A DNA stretch of 64,000 bases from Candidatus Poseidoniales archaeon. Lineage in GTDB: Archaea; Thermoplasmatota; Poseidoniia; Poseidoniales; Thalassarchaeaceae. The translations under genes and the position numbers were made by a program. Positions 11,812-22,127 of this stretch are shown piece after piece (positions within the stretch are counted from its first letter, which is position 1; the number at the start of each line of letters is the position of its first letter). The notes under the pieces are model-generated. The model was not told the DNA's origin, searched no databases, and saw only the letters and a program-made list of their open reading frames with translations. The stretch is taken from assembly GCA_003602515.1 (NCBI GenBank), contig QQSB01000006.1, positions 16,234-80,233 on the forward strand. The letters are read 5' to 3'.

Positions 11812-12414
11812 ATGACTGATGAGAATTGGGACAATTTCGACGAAGAAGCCATCGAGGAAATGGCCAGGATGTTCGAACAAATGGGGATGCCAGTCGACAT
11901 AAATACTCTGAAATCGATGATCAAGCAAGTCAGAAGCCAATTCGAGGAAATGGGAATAGATCCCGAGAAGGTCTCGATGAGTGAAGTCAAACTCGGACTC
12001 AACTCGGACCCGGAGGAATTCATGAAGAACTTCGAGTCTATGATTAGCGGGCCCCAGGGCCTGGGTGATTTCCTGAAGAAGATGGGTGTCGATATACACA
12101 TCAAACCCTCTGTCTCAGAGGTCAGAGTCGATGTAGACGAGAGTCAGCATGAATCGAATGATGACTCAATCCCAGAGGAGGATGTGTACGTAGACAATGA
12201 CCAGATGTTCGTGACCATCGACGTATCAAAGTTCGATGATATTTCTTCCGACAATCTTGAATTGAGTCTTACCGGAGAAGGAGTCGTTCTTCAGATGCTA
12301 AGGACCAATCAGATCAGACCATTCAGAACATTCGTACTCCCAAACGCATCATCGGGGGTCGCCAATTGGGAGATTAACAACGGCATCCTCGACATCACAT
12401 TCGAACTGAAGTAG
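11812..12414 (+). CDS. Small heat shock protein (Hsp20/alpha-crystallin domain) with an acidic N-terminal extension
   Basis: C-terminal ACD pattern [15 protein letters not shown]...[13 protein letters not shown]...[29 protein letters not shown]. The track start at 11797 is TTG, so the first in-frame ATG at 11812 was used. Confidence 0.7.
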   Translation: MTDENWDNFDEEAIEEMARMFEQMGMPVDINTLKSMIKQVRSQFEEMGIDPEKVSMSEVKLGLNSDPEEFMKNFESMISGPQGLGDFLKKMGVDIHIKPSVSEVRVDVDESQHESNDDSIPEEDVYVDNDQMFVTIDVSKFDDISSDNLELSLTGEGVVLQMLRTNQIRPFRTFVLPNASSGVANWEINNGILDITFELK

Positions 12415-12439
12415 TTTGGAAAAAACAGGAGAAATGAAA

Positions 12440-14317
12440 ATGGGATCTGCAGTAATAGGAATTGACTTAGGAACGACAAACAGTTGCGTAGCGACAATAG
12501 AAGGGGGCAAGGCGGTAGTAATACCAAATTCCGAGGGTTCTCGGACCACTCCCAGCGTGGTTGCCTTCACAAAGGATGGAGAGCGTCTGGTAGGAGTCAC
12601 AGCGAAGAGGCAGGCAGTAACCAACTCGGAGCGCACGATCATCTCAGTAAAGAGAGAAATGGGCACCGACTGGAATAAGGACATCGATGGGGACGACTAT
12701 TCCCCTCAGGAGGTCTCTGCATTTGTCCTTCAGAAGCTTAAGGCCGACGCTGAAGAGTACCTGGGCACAGAGGTCAAGCAAGCAGTAGTGACTTGTCCAG
12801 CATACTTCTCTGACTCCCAGAGACAGGCAACCAAGGACGCAGGAAGGATTGCAGGACTGGAGGTTCTACGAATAATCAACGAACCAACCGCCGCAGCACT
12901 GGCCTATGGTGTAGACAAGGAGGAGGATCAGACCGTACTCGTTTACGATCTGGGAGGAGGGACATTCGATGTCTCCATCTTGGAGATTTACCAGGTCGAT
13001 GGCCAACCACAGATTGAGGTCAAGGCAACCAGCGGAGACAACAGACTCGGAGGTGACGATTTCGATGAGGCTGTAATGGAATGGATTGTTTCCGAGTTCA
13101 AGAAGTCTACTGGAATAGATCTGGAGAAGGATCTCCAGGCTATGAGCAGGATTCGTGAAGCAGCAGAGAAGGCGAAGATTGAGCTTTCTGGGACTCCATC
13201 TACTCAGATAAACCTCCCATTCATCACCATGAGGGATGGTCAGCCGGAGCATCTGGACATGCCCCTCACACGCTCTAAATTTGAGAAACTAACATCCTCA
13301 TTGGTAGAGAGGACGATGTCCCCTACTCGCCAGGCTATGAAGGATGCCAGCATAAAGAAGGGCGATGTGGACAAGGTATTGTTAGTCGGTGGTTCGACCA
13401 GGATTCCAGCGGTTCAGCAGGAGATCGAGAAGGAGGTCGGCAAGGCACCCTTCAAGGGTATAAATCCCGATGAGGCAGTTGCAATGGGGGCTGCTCTGCA
13501 GGCTGGAATAATCGTTGGTGACGAGGGCGTTACCGACGTCCTACTTCTGGACGTCACACCGCTTACGTTGGGAATTGAGACGCTTGGCGGCGTAACTACT
13601 ACCATGATCGAGAGGAACACAACGATCCCTTCAAGGAGGTCCGAGACTTTCTCAACCGCAGCAGACAACCAGCCTGCAGTCGAGGTTCATGTTCTCCAGG
13701 GAGAGAGGGAATTTGCGAAGGACAACATTACCCTGGGAAGGTTCCATCTAATGGGTATACCAGCTGCCCCAAGGGGAATCCCTCAGATCGAGGTTACATT
13801 CGATATCGACGCAAATGGCATAGTAAATGTCTCTGCTAAGGACCTTGGAACAGGGACAGAGCAATCCGTCAGGATAGAGAGTCAGACCTCACTCTCAGAG
13901 GACGAGATAAAGCAGAAGATAGAGGATGCCGAGAAATTCGCCGATGAGGACAAGAGGAGAAAGGCCAAGGTCGAGATGAGGAACTCAGCAGATAGTGTAG
14001 TCTACCAGACCAGGAAGATGATCGAGGAGAACGAGGAAAAGCTATCCGAGGATGACACCAAGCCAGTCCTTGAGAAGCTGGACGAACTCGAGTCCCTGAT
14101 CGTCAAGGAAGAGACCCCTATACCACTGGAAGACATCGATGAGGCTTCCATACAGGCAAAAATGGCGGAACTGGAGCAATCAATGCACGCGATCTCGACA
14201 AAGCTCTACGAAGCAGCAGCAGCTGAGATGGCAGAGGAAAAGGAAGAGAGCGATGATGATGGGGTAGTGGACGCAGACTTCGAGGTCGTTGACTCCGATG
14301 ACGAGGACCAAGACTGA
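12440..14317 (+). CDS. dnaK: Chaperone DnaK (Hsp70)
   Basis: [19 protein letters not shown]-terminus, further Hsp70 signatures ([19 protein letters not shown]) and an acidic C-terminal tail. A GGAG motif lies 10 nt upstream of ATG 12440. Confidence 0.95.
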   Translation: MGSAVIGIDLGTTNSCVATIEGGKAVVIPNSEGSRTTPSVVAFTKDGERLVGVTAKRQAVTNSERTIISVKREMGTDWNKDIDGDDYSPQEVSAFVLQKLKADAEEYLGTEVKQAVVTCPAYFSDSQRQATKDAGRIAGLEVLRIINEPTAAALAYGVDKEEDQTVLVYDLGGGTFDVSILEIYQVDGQPQIEVKATSGDNRLGGDDFDEAVMEWIVSEFKKSTGIDLEKDLQAMSRIREAAEKAKIELSGTPSTQINLPFITMRDGQPEHLDMPLTRSKFEKLTSSLVERTMSPTRQAMKDASIKKGDVDKVLLVGGSTRIPAVQQEIEKEVGKAPFKGINPDEAVAMGAALQAGIIVGDEGVTDVLLLDVTPLTLGIETLGGVTTTMIERNTTIPSRRSETFSTAADNQPAVEVHVLQGEREFAKDNITLGRFHLMGIPAAPRGIPQIEVTFDIDANGIVNVSAKDLGTGTEQSVRIESQTSLSEDEIKQKIEDAEKFADEDKRRKAKVEMRNSADSVVYQTRKMIEENEEKLSEDDTKPVLEKLDELESLIVKEETPIPLEDIDEASIQAKMAELEQSMHAISTKLYEAAAAEMAEEKEESDDDGVVDADFEVVDSDDEDQD

Positions 14318-15889
14318 CTAACCCTCAGTGATAAGTCTGTGAAGAGTCCTAACGTGGACCCCTGAGGTCCCGTACTGGAAGAGGGGATTGACTCCCTCAG
14401 AGCGAGCCTTTGAACCCGGGCCCCATGCACTCCCTGCTATGTCCAAGTGAACCCAGGGGATCTTCTCTGAATCTTTGTCGAACCCTCTGTGAGGTACGAA
14501 GAACTCCAAGAATGATGCAGCTGCGTTCGAGGAACCGGCACGTCCACCTATCGATCCGTTGCGGATGTCTGCGAAGGCGGAGTCTGTCATGTACTTCCTA
14601 AACTGAGCGTTGAGAGGCATCCTCCACACTGTCTCTCCAGAGCGTTTTGCTGCCTTTTTGAGCCTCCTGCCGATGTCATCATCATTGGCCCACATCCCGG
14701 TAATCTGGTTGCCCAGAGCGACTACGATGGCTCCTGTCAGAGTGGCCAGGTCTACGATATACTCTGGATCTAACTCGCCCGCCTTCCACAATCCATCAGC
14801 GAGGACATTGCGCCCCTCAGCATCTGTGCTGAACACCTCTATGGTTTTGCCAGAGTATGTCTTGAACACGTCCCCGGGACGGTATGCCCCAGAGCCGGGC
14901 ATGTTCTCAGCCAAACAGGCGATTCCATTCACCCTGCGATCATAGCCGGTGGCGTGCAGTGCTTCCATCAATCCGAATACTGTCGCAGCACCGCACATAT
15001 CGTATTTCATATCCCACATCCCTCCGGTCGGCTTGATTGAGATTCCACCTGTATCGAATGTGATGCCCTTGCCAACAATGCAAGGCCTCTGGATGCCCTC
15101 ATCGGCGTCTGGATTGAGTGTGAACATAACCATGCAAGGCTTCCTGTCACTGCCCTTTCCAACATTTATCAGACCGCCCATATCCAGTTCCTGCAGCTTA
15201 TCCCAATCATAGACTTCTACTGCGACATTATCCTTGCCCGCAGCCCACTCTTCGGCTCTACGAGCGTACTCCATTGGGTACAGAACATTGGCCGGCTCAT
15301 TTCCTAGGTCACGTGCAAGATGCACACCACCTGCAATTGAATGAGCCCTACTGAGCCCTTCTCCAAGGGCCTCCTGATGTCTCGGACTCGCTTGGAATTG
15401 TACAGACCATTGGTCTGAGATATGCTCTTTATCGATTTCTTGATGCTCGAGGAATTCGTAATCTCTCAGCATCATGCCCTCTGCGAAGTCAAGCATGCGC
15501 TCCCCCGTCCACCCTGACGTGAATCTCACGCATACCGAGAGTCCTTTCTTCTTAGATAGCGAAGCCATGACCCGCGCTCCAGTGTTGCGCGCTATACGGT
15601 GGCCCAGTGAATCCTTCTCACCCATGCCGATGAGCATGACTCTGCAATCGGGAGTCCAAATGACCATCCTCTGGCCCTTCTTTCCATCGAACTCATCGGA
15701 TGAAATCGCTTCCTTGACCAGATTCCGCTGGCTCCTACCGAGTCCTGAAAGTGCGTTGTTAGGGGCTCTTCTGACTCCCTCGAAGAGGGGTATCAGCAGT
15801 TGTTCGTAGGCTTCATCGAATTCGCTATTGGACCAATTCATCTTATCGTCGAACCTGCGATTTGGTAGTAATATACAAAGAATTGCCAT
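14318..15889 (-). CDS. pepA: Leucyl aminopeptidase (M17, cytosol aminopeptidase)
   Basis: Motifs VGKGITFDTGGISIKP and STDAEGRNVLAD (cf. NTDAEGRL). Confidence 0.85.
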   Translation of the reverse strand: MAILCILLPNRRFDDKMNWSNSEFDEAYEQLLIPLFEGVRRAPNNALSGLGRSQRNLVKEAISSDEFDGKKGQRMVIWTPDCRVMLIGMGEKDSLGHRIARNTGARVMASLSKKKGLSVCVRFTSGWTGERMLDFAEGMMLRDYEFLEHQEIDKEHISDQWSVQFQASPRHQEALGEGLSRAHSIAGGVHLARDLGNEPANVLYPMEYARRAEEWAAGKDNVAVEVYDWDKLQELDMGGLINVGKGSDRKPCMVMFTLNPDADEGIQRPCIVGKGITFDTGGISIKPTGGMWDMKYDMCGAATVFGLMEALHATGYDRRVNGIACLAENMPGSGAYRPGDVFKTYSGKTIEVFSTDAEGRNVLADGLWKAGELDPEYIVDLATLTGAIVVALGNQITGMWANDDDIGRRLKKAAKRSGETVWRMPLNAQFRKYMTDSAFADIRNGSIGGRAGSSNAAASFLEFFVPHRGFDKDSEKIPWVHLDIAGSAWGPGSKARSEGVNPLFQYGTSGVHVRTLHRLITEG

Positions 15890-15935
15890 GAAGAATCATA
15901 CTTTGGAGTCAGAATTAGTAGTATTATAAGATAAA

Positions 15936-17381
15936 TTACAGTTCATATCTACTATTTCTTTCATTTATCGTCGCTAGAGCGAAGGCGATGAGGACCAGTA
16001 TCATCGAAGGAGCCGGCAGAAGGCCCGGGTTGTCAGCCCCCACCTCCAAGATACTCTCATTGATAATTTCGAAAACCCACATGGAGGAATCTACCACTCT
16101 CTTCTGGTAGTACAGAGCCCAAACCCCTTCGCCGCTGGAAATTGGAGCGCTCCTGAAATCGAGGGTAGTTACGGTGCTATTTGTGGCATTGACTGCGAAG
16201 CCGTACCCAGTGGTTGAGAAGTTGAAGTCTGAACCCAACTGAACCTGTGTAATCCCTCCTTTTTGCTCCCCTATAAGTTCGGCTGCCCCATCTGATCCAG
16301 GAAACCAAAACTCTGAGAAATCTTCCTCATCTTCGAAGTATAACAGCGTCGCATTTGACGTACTCGCGTGCCCTAAGTTCGAGACACTAAGATGCACTTT
16401 CCCTCCTTCCATCTCTAGGGAATCGACAACAAGACGAGCTCTCCAGTACCACACATTCTGAATTAGATACCTCATCACATCGAGCTCCTCCTCCAATCTA
16501 TCCGAGAGGGCCTCTACTGTTCCTAGCAGGAATTGTTCGTCATCGGTCTCGAAGGTGAAAGTTGGATAGCCCATTACCCCGTATCCATAATCGCGACTGG
16601 TCCCACAGTTCGGGTAGAGGCCTTGGTTTGCATTACGGATCGGTATCTCGGAGATGTTGGTATTTACCTCATCGCGAATGGAGTGATACATCTCCCAGTC
16701 TGATGGCTGTTCGGGCCATTTCCCCCACGGGTAGAGCATGATCCAGACTCCTGTGTGCATTGTGATATACAGGTCCGCATGAGGCACTACTTCGTTCATG
16801 TAAACAGAATTCGCAAGAGTTTCTGACTCACTGAACGCTGCGCTCCCGGGCTGTGTCGTTGGACAGGTGTTCCAGTAGTGGTCGTAGTTTCTATTCAGAT
16901 CTACTTGGTTAATGTTCCACCTTGTATCAAAGTCATTGCCATCGGCATTTAGCATGATGAGGATATGCAATTCAGTTGTTGCCAAGATGTCTAGTATCGC
17001 TTTCTCGCCATCTGCCCAACCGTCGATGTAATACTCGGCAACAAGGAAAGCTAGTTCGGTGCCCAAATGCTCGTTACCATGATGCCCCCCATCGATGTAA
17101 ATCACCTCTTTGGCAGTTCCATCCGGTTTGGTTTCCTGGCTCCAATCAGAAATCTGTAACATCCATAGATTCCTACCCATTTCTGTTTGGCCTACTACTA
17201 ACAGGTTGACAATTTCAGGGTATTCGTCTTCCCATGCATTCACATCCAGCGTCAGTGTGGCATAACTGTGGTACCAGTGTTCCTGGATGATGTCCGGCTG
17301 ACTAATCTGGCCCGAGGCCATAGGAGATGCCGATGCAACCATCAGCGGGACGAGCATTATTACTGCCAGTAAGCGGCGCAT
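15936..17381 (-). CDS. Secreted zinc carboxypeptidase, M14 family
   Basis: N-terminal signal peptide MRRLLAVIMLVPLMVASASPMA. The HxxE zinc motif IDGGHHGNEHLG is present. The C-terminus carries a hydrophobic anchor. Confidence 0.75.
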   Translation of the reverse strand: MRRLLAVIMLVPLMVASASPMASGQISQPDIIQEHWYHSYATLTLDVNAWEDEYPEIVNLLVVGQTEMGRNLWMLQISDWSQETKPDGTAKEVIYIDGGHHGNEHLGTELAFLVAEYYIDGWADGEKAILDILATTELHILIMLNADGNDFDTRWNINQVDLNRNYDHYWNTCPTTQPGSAAFSESETLANSVYMNEVVPHADLYITMHTGVWIMLYPWGKWPEQPSDWEMYHSIRDEVNTNISEIPIRNANQGLYPNCGTSRDYGYGVMGYPTFTFETDDEQFLLGTVEALSDRLEEELDVMRYLIQNVWYWRARLVVDSLEMEGGKVHLSVSNLGHASTSNATLLYFEDEEDFSEFWFPGSDGAAELIGEQKGGITQVQLGSDFNFSTTGYGFAVNATNSTVTTLDFRSAPISSGEGVWALYYQKRVVDSSMWVFEIINESILEVGADNPGLLPAPSMILVLIAFALATINERNSRYEL

Positions 17382-17413
17382 AGCGCCGCTGTGCGGGGAA
17401 TAAGATACAACCC

Positions 17414-18346
17414 TTATCCTTTTTTGCTCGAAAAATCAGCTATATGGCAGGCTACCATCTTGGTTGCAATAAGCGCGGCACTGAACTGTGTTAGCGAACT
17501 ATCTGTGCCCGGAACGATTTCGTTGACGTCTGCTCCAATCACCTCGCAACTCTCGGAAGAGAAAAGACTCTCTATCACCTCAACTGCACCCCAGTGGCTC
17601 AAACCTCCTGGAACAGGGGTTCCCGTAGATGGAACCAAGGAACCGTCGAGGCCATCTACGTCGAATGTGAGCCACACCGGTCCTGAGATTTCTGAAAGAC
17701 TTCCAACCATCCTATTCCACTCGAGATTGCCGTCTGAGACGGACAGCAGGTCCCTTGCAAGCCATGTCTGAATCCTATCCTCAGACTTCATCAACTCTTC
17801 TTCCTCCATACTGAAAGCTCTGACTCCGACTTGGATCACCCTCCCAACTCCAAGATCGAGAGCCCTGCGAATGACGGTCCCATGTGATAATCTCTCACCA
17901 TTCAACTGGTCTCTCAGGTCTGCATGAGCATCTATCTGGACTATTGTTAGGTCAGAGAGTGTAGAAATCATACGGTGGTCCGATAGTGATTCCAAGATGG
18001 GGAGAAGAATCCCATGTTCTCCACCAAGAACCAATGGGAATTGGCCGCCGGCTATCCATGGTCTGACGTACTCTCTGATCGAGTCCAACTGATCCCTTAG
18101 GCTCGGCGCATCCGATACCCAAGGTTCAGCGGTGTGGATTGCTGCTCCACACGGTAGCTCCTCCGGGAGAACCGAGTCACGTAGCTCGACTTGCAAACTA
18201 GCCTCTACACACGCCATAGGTCCATGCTGGGTACCTTCTCCGTAACTTGATGTCATTTCTAGGGGAATTTGCAAAATGACGATGTCCCACGGTCCGGAAT
18301 CAGATTCCTTGAGCCCAAGGAAATTGGTGGAACCGGACACATCCAT
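17414..18346 (-). CDS. Agmatinase/arginase-family ureohydrolase
   Basis: Motifs GGEHGI, DAHADL and SFDVDGLDGS are Mn-binding ureohydrolase motifs. Confidence 0.8.
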   Translation of the reverse strand: MDVSGSTNFLGLKESDSGPWDIVILQIPLEMTSSYGEGTQHGPMACVEASLQVELRDSVLPEELPCGAAIHTAEPWVSDAPSLRDQLDSIREYVRPWIAGGQFPLVLGGEHGILLPILESLSDHRMISTLSDLTIVQIDAHADLRDQLNGERLSHGTVIRRALDLGVGRVIQVGVRAFSMEEEELMKSEDRIQTWLARDLLSVSDGNLEWNRMVGSLSEISGPVWLTFDVDGLDGSLVPSTGTPVPGGLSHWGAVEVIESLFSSESCEVIGADVNEIVPGTDSSLTQFSAALIATKMVACHIADFSSKKG

Positions 18347-18460
18347 GGGGCTTCGAGAAGCACGTCAAGATTAATCGCTTCGGGACTCTCAGCTGTGTTA
18401 TCAGAGCAATTAGCAAGATGTTTGAAATAACCTCGGCACCTATCGTGACCCGGTGGGAAG

Positions 18461-18874
18461 ATGGGACTGACCTTGGCGCAACTAACTCAGGCAATCAAGA
18501 GCAAGGTCGATACCAGCATGGAGACCCATGTCGCAGAGTCCATCGCTGAGCATGCTTTGGGGTTCTTCGGCTTCTCAAACAGAATAATCGACAATGCACT
18601 GGAACCAACTGATAGGAACATGTTCTACCAATTGCAGGACTATGACCTGCTTACAACCGAATCCGAGGAGACCACCCTATGGGATGGGCGCGAGTGGAGG
18701 ATTCACTATTGGAAGTTCAAACCGAATGCTGAGAACTTCGCAAATCTGGTAATGCAGAACGAGAAGGATAAGGGGGATGAAGATCCCTATGCCCACATCT
18801 ACGATGGAATGCCAGCTGGCCTATGGAGGGAGAGGTCAGGGGTCGATGACGATTACGAGGAACCCCTGTTCTAG
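18461..18874 (+). CDS. Hypothetical acidic cytoplasmic protein (137 aa)
   Basis: An ORF with no recognisable motifs. It lies directly upstream of the large surface protein gene on the same strand. Confidence 0.4.
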   Translation: MGLTLAQLTQAIKSKVDTSMETHVAESIAEHALGFFGFSNRIIDNALEPTDRNMFYQLQDYDLLTTESEETTLWDGREWRIHYWKFKPNAENFANLVMQNEKDKGDEDPYAHIYDGMPAGLWRERSGVDDDYEEPLF

Positions 18875-18898
18875 TTTTTCCAGTCAGCATGTCGGGAA

Positions 18899-21800
18899 TT
18901 GTTTGAAATGCCTCCGTGGGTGGAGTCGTACATGAATAGGGGATTGGCCGCCTTAGTCGTCCTGTCTATGCTAGCCTCGTACATCCCCTCATCTATTGCC
19001 TCGACTCAAGATAGTCAGACAAATAGTTGTGAGATTATTGCTGATTGGGGTCAGCAATGGCATTGGACCGAAGAAGGCGACTCGGAGATTTCACTGATTC
19101 ACAGGTATAGGGTTGTTTTCGAACCATCATTTACCAACGGTTCTTCACCTACAGAAGTCAATGCCACTATCAATCACTTCAGAGGTGATTTGGAAATTCC
19201 AGTAGCAAACAGCTCGGTATTTGTTGCTGGTGGAGAAATAGATATAATCATAGAAGAAGAACCACAATTTGGAGATTCATTTTCTATTCATGTCCAAACC
19301 CTAGAGGCTTCTTGCAGCCGTGTTCTAAATATCACAAATTGGAATCAACCAATATCCGATCATGAGGTTACTAGGGAGACTCATTGGTCGCTGTCTGAAA
19401 TGGGGGGCGAAGAACAAGGAGTTACCTTCGATGGAAGGGGATGGCAAAAGAGATCAGGAAGCATTCTGGAGTCAAACGAACTTGGTAATGGGACTCTTTT
19501 ACTGGACATGTCAAATGGCTCCCAAGGAGCAGTCATTGATCTCGTGCTAGATAGGATTTGGCTCAATGAGTCATATGACGGAACCGAATTGATGAGCCAG
19601 GATTTTGAGATGATGGGATCGGGAGGGCTGTTATTCAACACAGATGAAGGAGGCGAGGGAGCATCAATCAACGCTGATGTAAACGACGCCTACGTCCTCC
19701 GATCGTTCCGTGATGGCAAAGTCACTGAGAGGATGATGTTTGAGGGGGACGGGTGGATTTCCATCAACGGAGGAGACAACGAGAGTTCAGGTGGCGTTTA
19801 CGGTGAGGTCTTCTTGTTATACTTTGAAATATGGGACGAGGATGGATTCCGGAGATTACAGGATATCCAGGTCGAGGCAAATGCTTCAGCAAGAGTGTCC
19901 GCAGTAGGAGAGGCCTTCTCTTTCGAACTGGACGAACTAATCTTCCGAGAGAAATGGGAAGAGGGCATTAGGACTGACCAGTACTCGAGGATATTCGGAA
20001 GCGGGCAGTTCGACTTTATCGCATCCGAGGATTCTCCATATATCGAAGCCAATGGGACGATCCCCCTGATTCACTTCCAATCAGAGGGTGGAGAAACTGT
20101 CGCTGATACTCTCATTGTAGATGGTACGTATGATGGAGATGCAGAGGGATCCTTCGGCCTAGTTCGCCAGATAGTTGAGTCAGGAGTCTACGAGAATGCA
20201 ACGGGTGCTGTCTTCGAGGCCGACAAAATCAGGAATGAGTTTTGGTTCAATGTTTCCGCTACTCCCTTCGGACCAATCGATCAGGAGTTCGGAGCCGAAC
20301 ACAACCTCACGTACGAGTATGTAGTCCCTCAAGATGACTGGATAAATCGAACAATCCGCTATACATTCGTAGAGGACAATGGCTCTACTGATGACGAATA
20401 CCCGGAAAACTCCCCAATAATTCAGAATCCCGAGGCACCGGAGGCCAGTTCGATTTTCTCCACACACATCTCCAGAGAGACAGGAGTATGCCCCCAGATC
20501 CTGGCTATTGGGGACTCATTCTCCTTACTTGGAAATACAGATATGATCCTGGATGTAACCGTTCATGGGACTAGCACCGACTCAATCGATGGTCACACCG
20601 TATCTATTGCTGAATGGGAGGGTTTCTTCGGAGAAATGAGTTCAGCAAATGGCAGCATCATCAACGAAGGGCCGCTATCAGGACTCCTGAACGAAGTTAG
20701 TAGATTACTCATAATAGATCTAGGAGAGGACTCAGAAATATCCCTGATCGAGAACCAGAGAATGGATAGGATACTTTCTCCATCGATAGTTACATTCGAT
20801 GAGAACACCCCTCCGTCATTATCTGACGAATCTGGTTCCTCGTTAAGGTTCCGCGAATCCGCCTTATCGACCGAGGGCGGCGTGGCTCATCTGGAGGTCG
20901 TAGTGAATGACGTTGACACGGACATAAAATCCGTTAGCGTAGACCTATCCTCGCTCGGTCTGGGGATAGTCGACCTTTCTGACTCTGGTCTGCAGGGGGA
21001 TCAGGTGATTCATGATGACATCTGGACGGTCAGAATTACCCATAATGGACTCCAGAGTGGGGACCTCCCTATATCCATCATCATGGAAGACTACTGGGTA
21101 ACGGTCCAGCAGAATACTAGTATCCAGATTTCTAACGCCCCCCCTCGAGTAATACACGTCGATTTCACTCCAGAAAGTACGTTCAGGGGGGAGTCGATCG
21201 TAGTAACAGTAGGTGCATACGATGGCCATGGAATCAAATCAGTGGCGGTGAACTTACAGTCAATTGGGGGCGGCTTAGTACAATTGAGCAACATTGGCCA
21301 AGAGGACTGGGACTGGCAACTTGCCGGCGAGCAACGAACCTCCAGAATCGACACTTGGTCGGGCCTTTTCGAAGTTCCAGCAAGTATGTCTCCAGGCAGG
21401 CAAAACATCCCGATTCTACTAGAAGACATTGCTGGAGCGTCGATCTCGACGATACAAATTGGTGGCGTCCACACAAGTACCATTGGCCAACAAGCCACGA
21501 AGATCCTAGTCGGAAACCAACCACCTTCGATCACAAATCTTACTTTCCTCAAGGATGGTAATGAGGTAGAAAAAATCACTTCCTTGGCATCAGGAGGAGA
21601 GGAGGATTATACAATGGAAGTTGGGATACATGATTACGATGGGATATCTTCGGTCCAAGCTAAGATCGGCCGCTTGGCCCCAATCGGGCAGTCAGAAGAA
21701 TGGCTCTTGTTGGTAGATGATGGGACTGGCCCTGACAGGATTTCTAAAGATGGGATTTTCTCCCTCTCTTTCTCCGCTAGATCATCATTGAGCGAGGGCG

Positions 21801-22021
21801 AGTTGTCCCTATTGATTAGAGCAACGGATGTATTTTTGTCCACGACACCTGCTTCCGAACAATTGCACAATGTCTCCATAATAAAGTCTGATTCCGGTTC
21901 ACAGGGAACGCCCTGGCTGTCGGATTACTCTACGGAGTTAGTCTTAGCATCCATGTTCTTGCTATTGTCAGTAGGTGTTGTTGCTTTCGTGCAAATTGTA
22001 AGGAATTCCGAACTTGAGTAG
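18899..22021 (+). CDS. Large cell-surface (S-layer/adhesin-like) glycoprotein with N-terminal signal peptide, three tandem Ig-like repeats and a C-terminal TM anchor
   Basis: 1040 aa. N-terminal hydrophobic signal (aa 15-35). About 20 N-x-S/T sequons. A C-terminal hydrophobic helix LVLASMFLLLSVGVVAFVQIV is followed by RNSELE. Internal repeats occupy aa 653-980. Confidence 0.6.
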   Translation: MFEMPPWVESYMNRGLAALVVLSMLASYIPSSIASTQDSQTNSCEIIADWGQQWHWTEEGDSEISLIHRYRVVFEPSFTNGSSPTEVNATINHFRGDLEIPVANSSVFVAGGEIDIIIEEEPQFGDSFSIHVQTLEASCSRVLNITNWNQPISDHEVTRETHWSLSEMGGEEQGVTFDGRGWQKRSGSILESNELGNGTLLLDMSNGSQGAVIDLVLDRIWLNESYDGTELMSQDFEMMGSGGLLFNTDEGGEGASINADVNDAYVLRSFRDGKVTERMMFEGDGWISINGGDNESSGGVYGEVFLLYFEIWDEDGFRRLQDIQVEANASARVSAVGEAFSFELDELIFREKWEEGIRTDQYSRIFGSGQFDFIASEDSPYIEANGTIPLIHFQSEGGETVADTLIVDGTYDGDAEGSFGLVRQIVESGVYENATGAVFEADKIRNEFWFNVSATPFGPIDQEFGAEHNLTYEYVVPQDDWINRTIRYTFVEDNGSTDDEYPENSPIIQNPEAPEASSIFSTHISRETGVCPQILAIGDSFSLLGNTDMILDVTVHGTSTDSIDGHTVSIAEWEGFFGEMSSANGSIINEGPLSGLLNEVSRLLIIDLGEDSEISLIENQRMDRILSPSIVTFDENTPPSLSDESGSSLRFRESALSTEGGVAHLEVVVNDVDTDIKSVSVDLSSLGLGIVDLSDSGLQGDQVIHDDIWTVRITHNGLQSGDLPISIIMEDYWVTVQQNTSIQISNAPPRVIHVDFTPESTFRGESIVVTVGAYDGHGIKSVAVNLQSIGGGLVQLSNIGQEDWDWQLAGEQRTSRIDTWSGLFEVPASMSPGRQNIPILLEDIAGASISTIQIGGVHTSTIGQQATKILVGNQPPSITNLTFLKDGNEVEKITSLASGGEEDYTMEVGIHDYDGISSVQAKIGRLAPIGQSEEWLLLVDDGTGPDRISKDGIFSLSFSARSSLSEGELSLLIRATDVFLSTTPASEQLHNVSIIKSDSGSQGTPWLSDYSTELVLASMFLLLSVGVVAFVQIVRNSELE
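20855..21835 (+). repeat. Three tandem repeats of about 90-100 aa each (about 280-300 nt) inside the surface protein gene. Consensus: V.V...D..GIKSV.V.L.S.G.G...L.
   Basis: The repeats were aligned by eye at aa 661-737, 767-857 and 903-978 (VAHLEVVVNDVDTDIKSVSVDL / SIVVTVGAYDGHGIKSVAVNL / DYTMEVGIHDYDGISSVQAKI). Confidence 0.5.
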
Positions 22022-22024
22022 TAT

Positions 22025-22099
22025 TGGTGCGAGTGCCGGGATTTGAACCCGGGTTCCCACGTTGGCAACGTGGGGTGATAACCGCTACACTACACTCGC
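22025..22099 (-). tRNA. tRNA-Gly (anticodon GCC), CCA encoded
   Basis: Hand-folded cloverleaf. Acceptor GCGAGTG/CACTCGC (7 bp). D-arm 3 bp plus a T-T pair. Anticodon stem CCACG/CGTGG with loop TTGCCAA. T-stem CCGGG/CCCGG with TTCAAAT loop. Discriminator A, then CCA. Confidence 0.85.
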
Positions 22100-22127
22100 G
22101 CACTCTCTGCAAACCAGACTGGCTTTT

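Noticed and set aside
22025-22099. tRNA-Gly as an integration site for a mobile element, given the adjacent giant surface protein gene.
   Set aside because: There is no integrase, no direct repeat of the tRNA 3' end, and no compositional shift around it. The tRNA simply abuts the convergent surface-protein gene.
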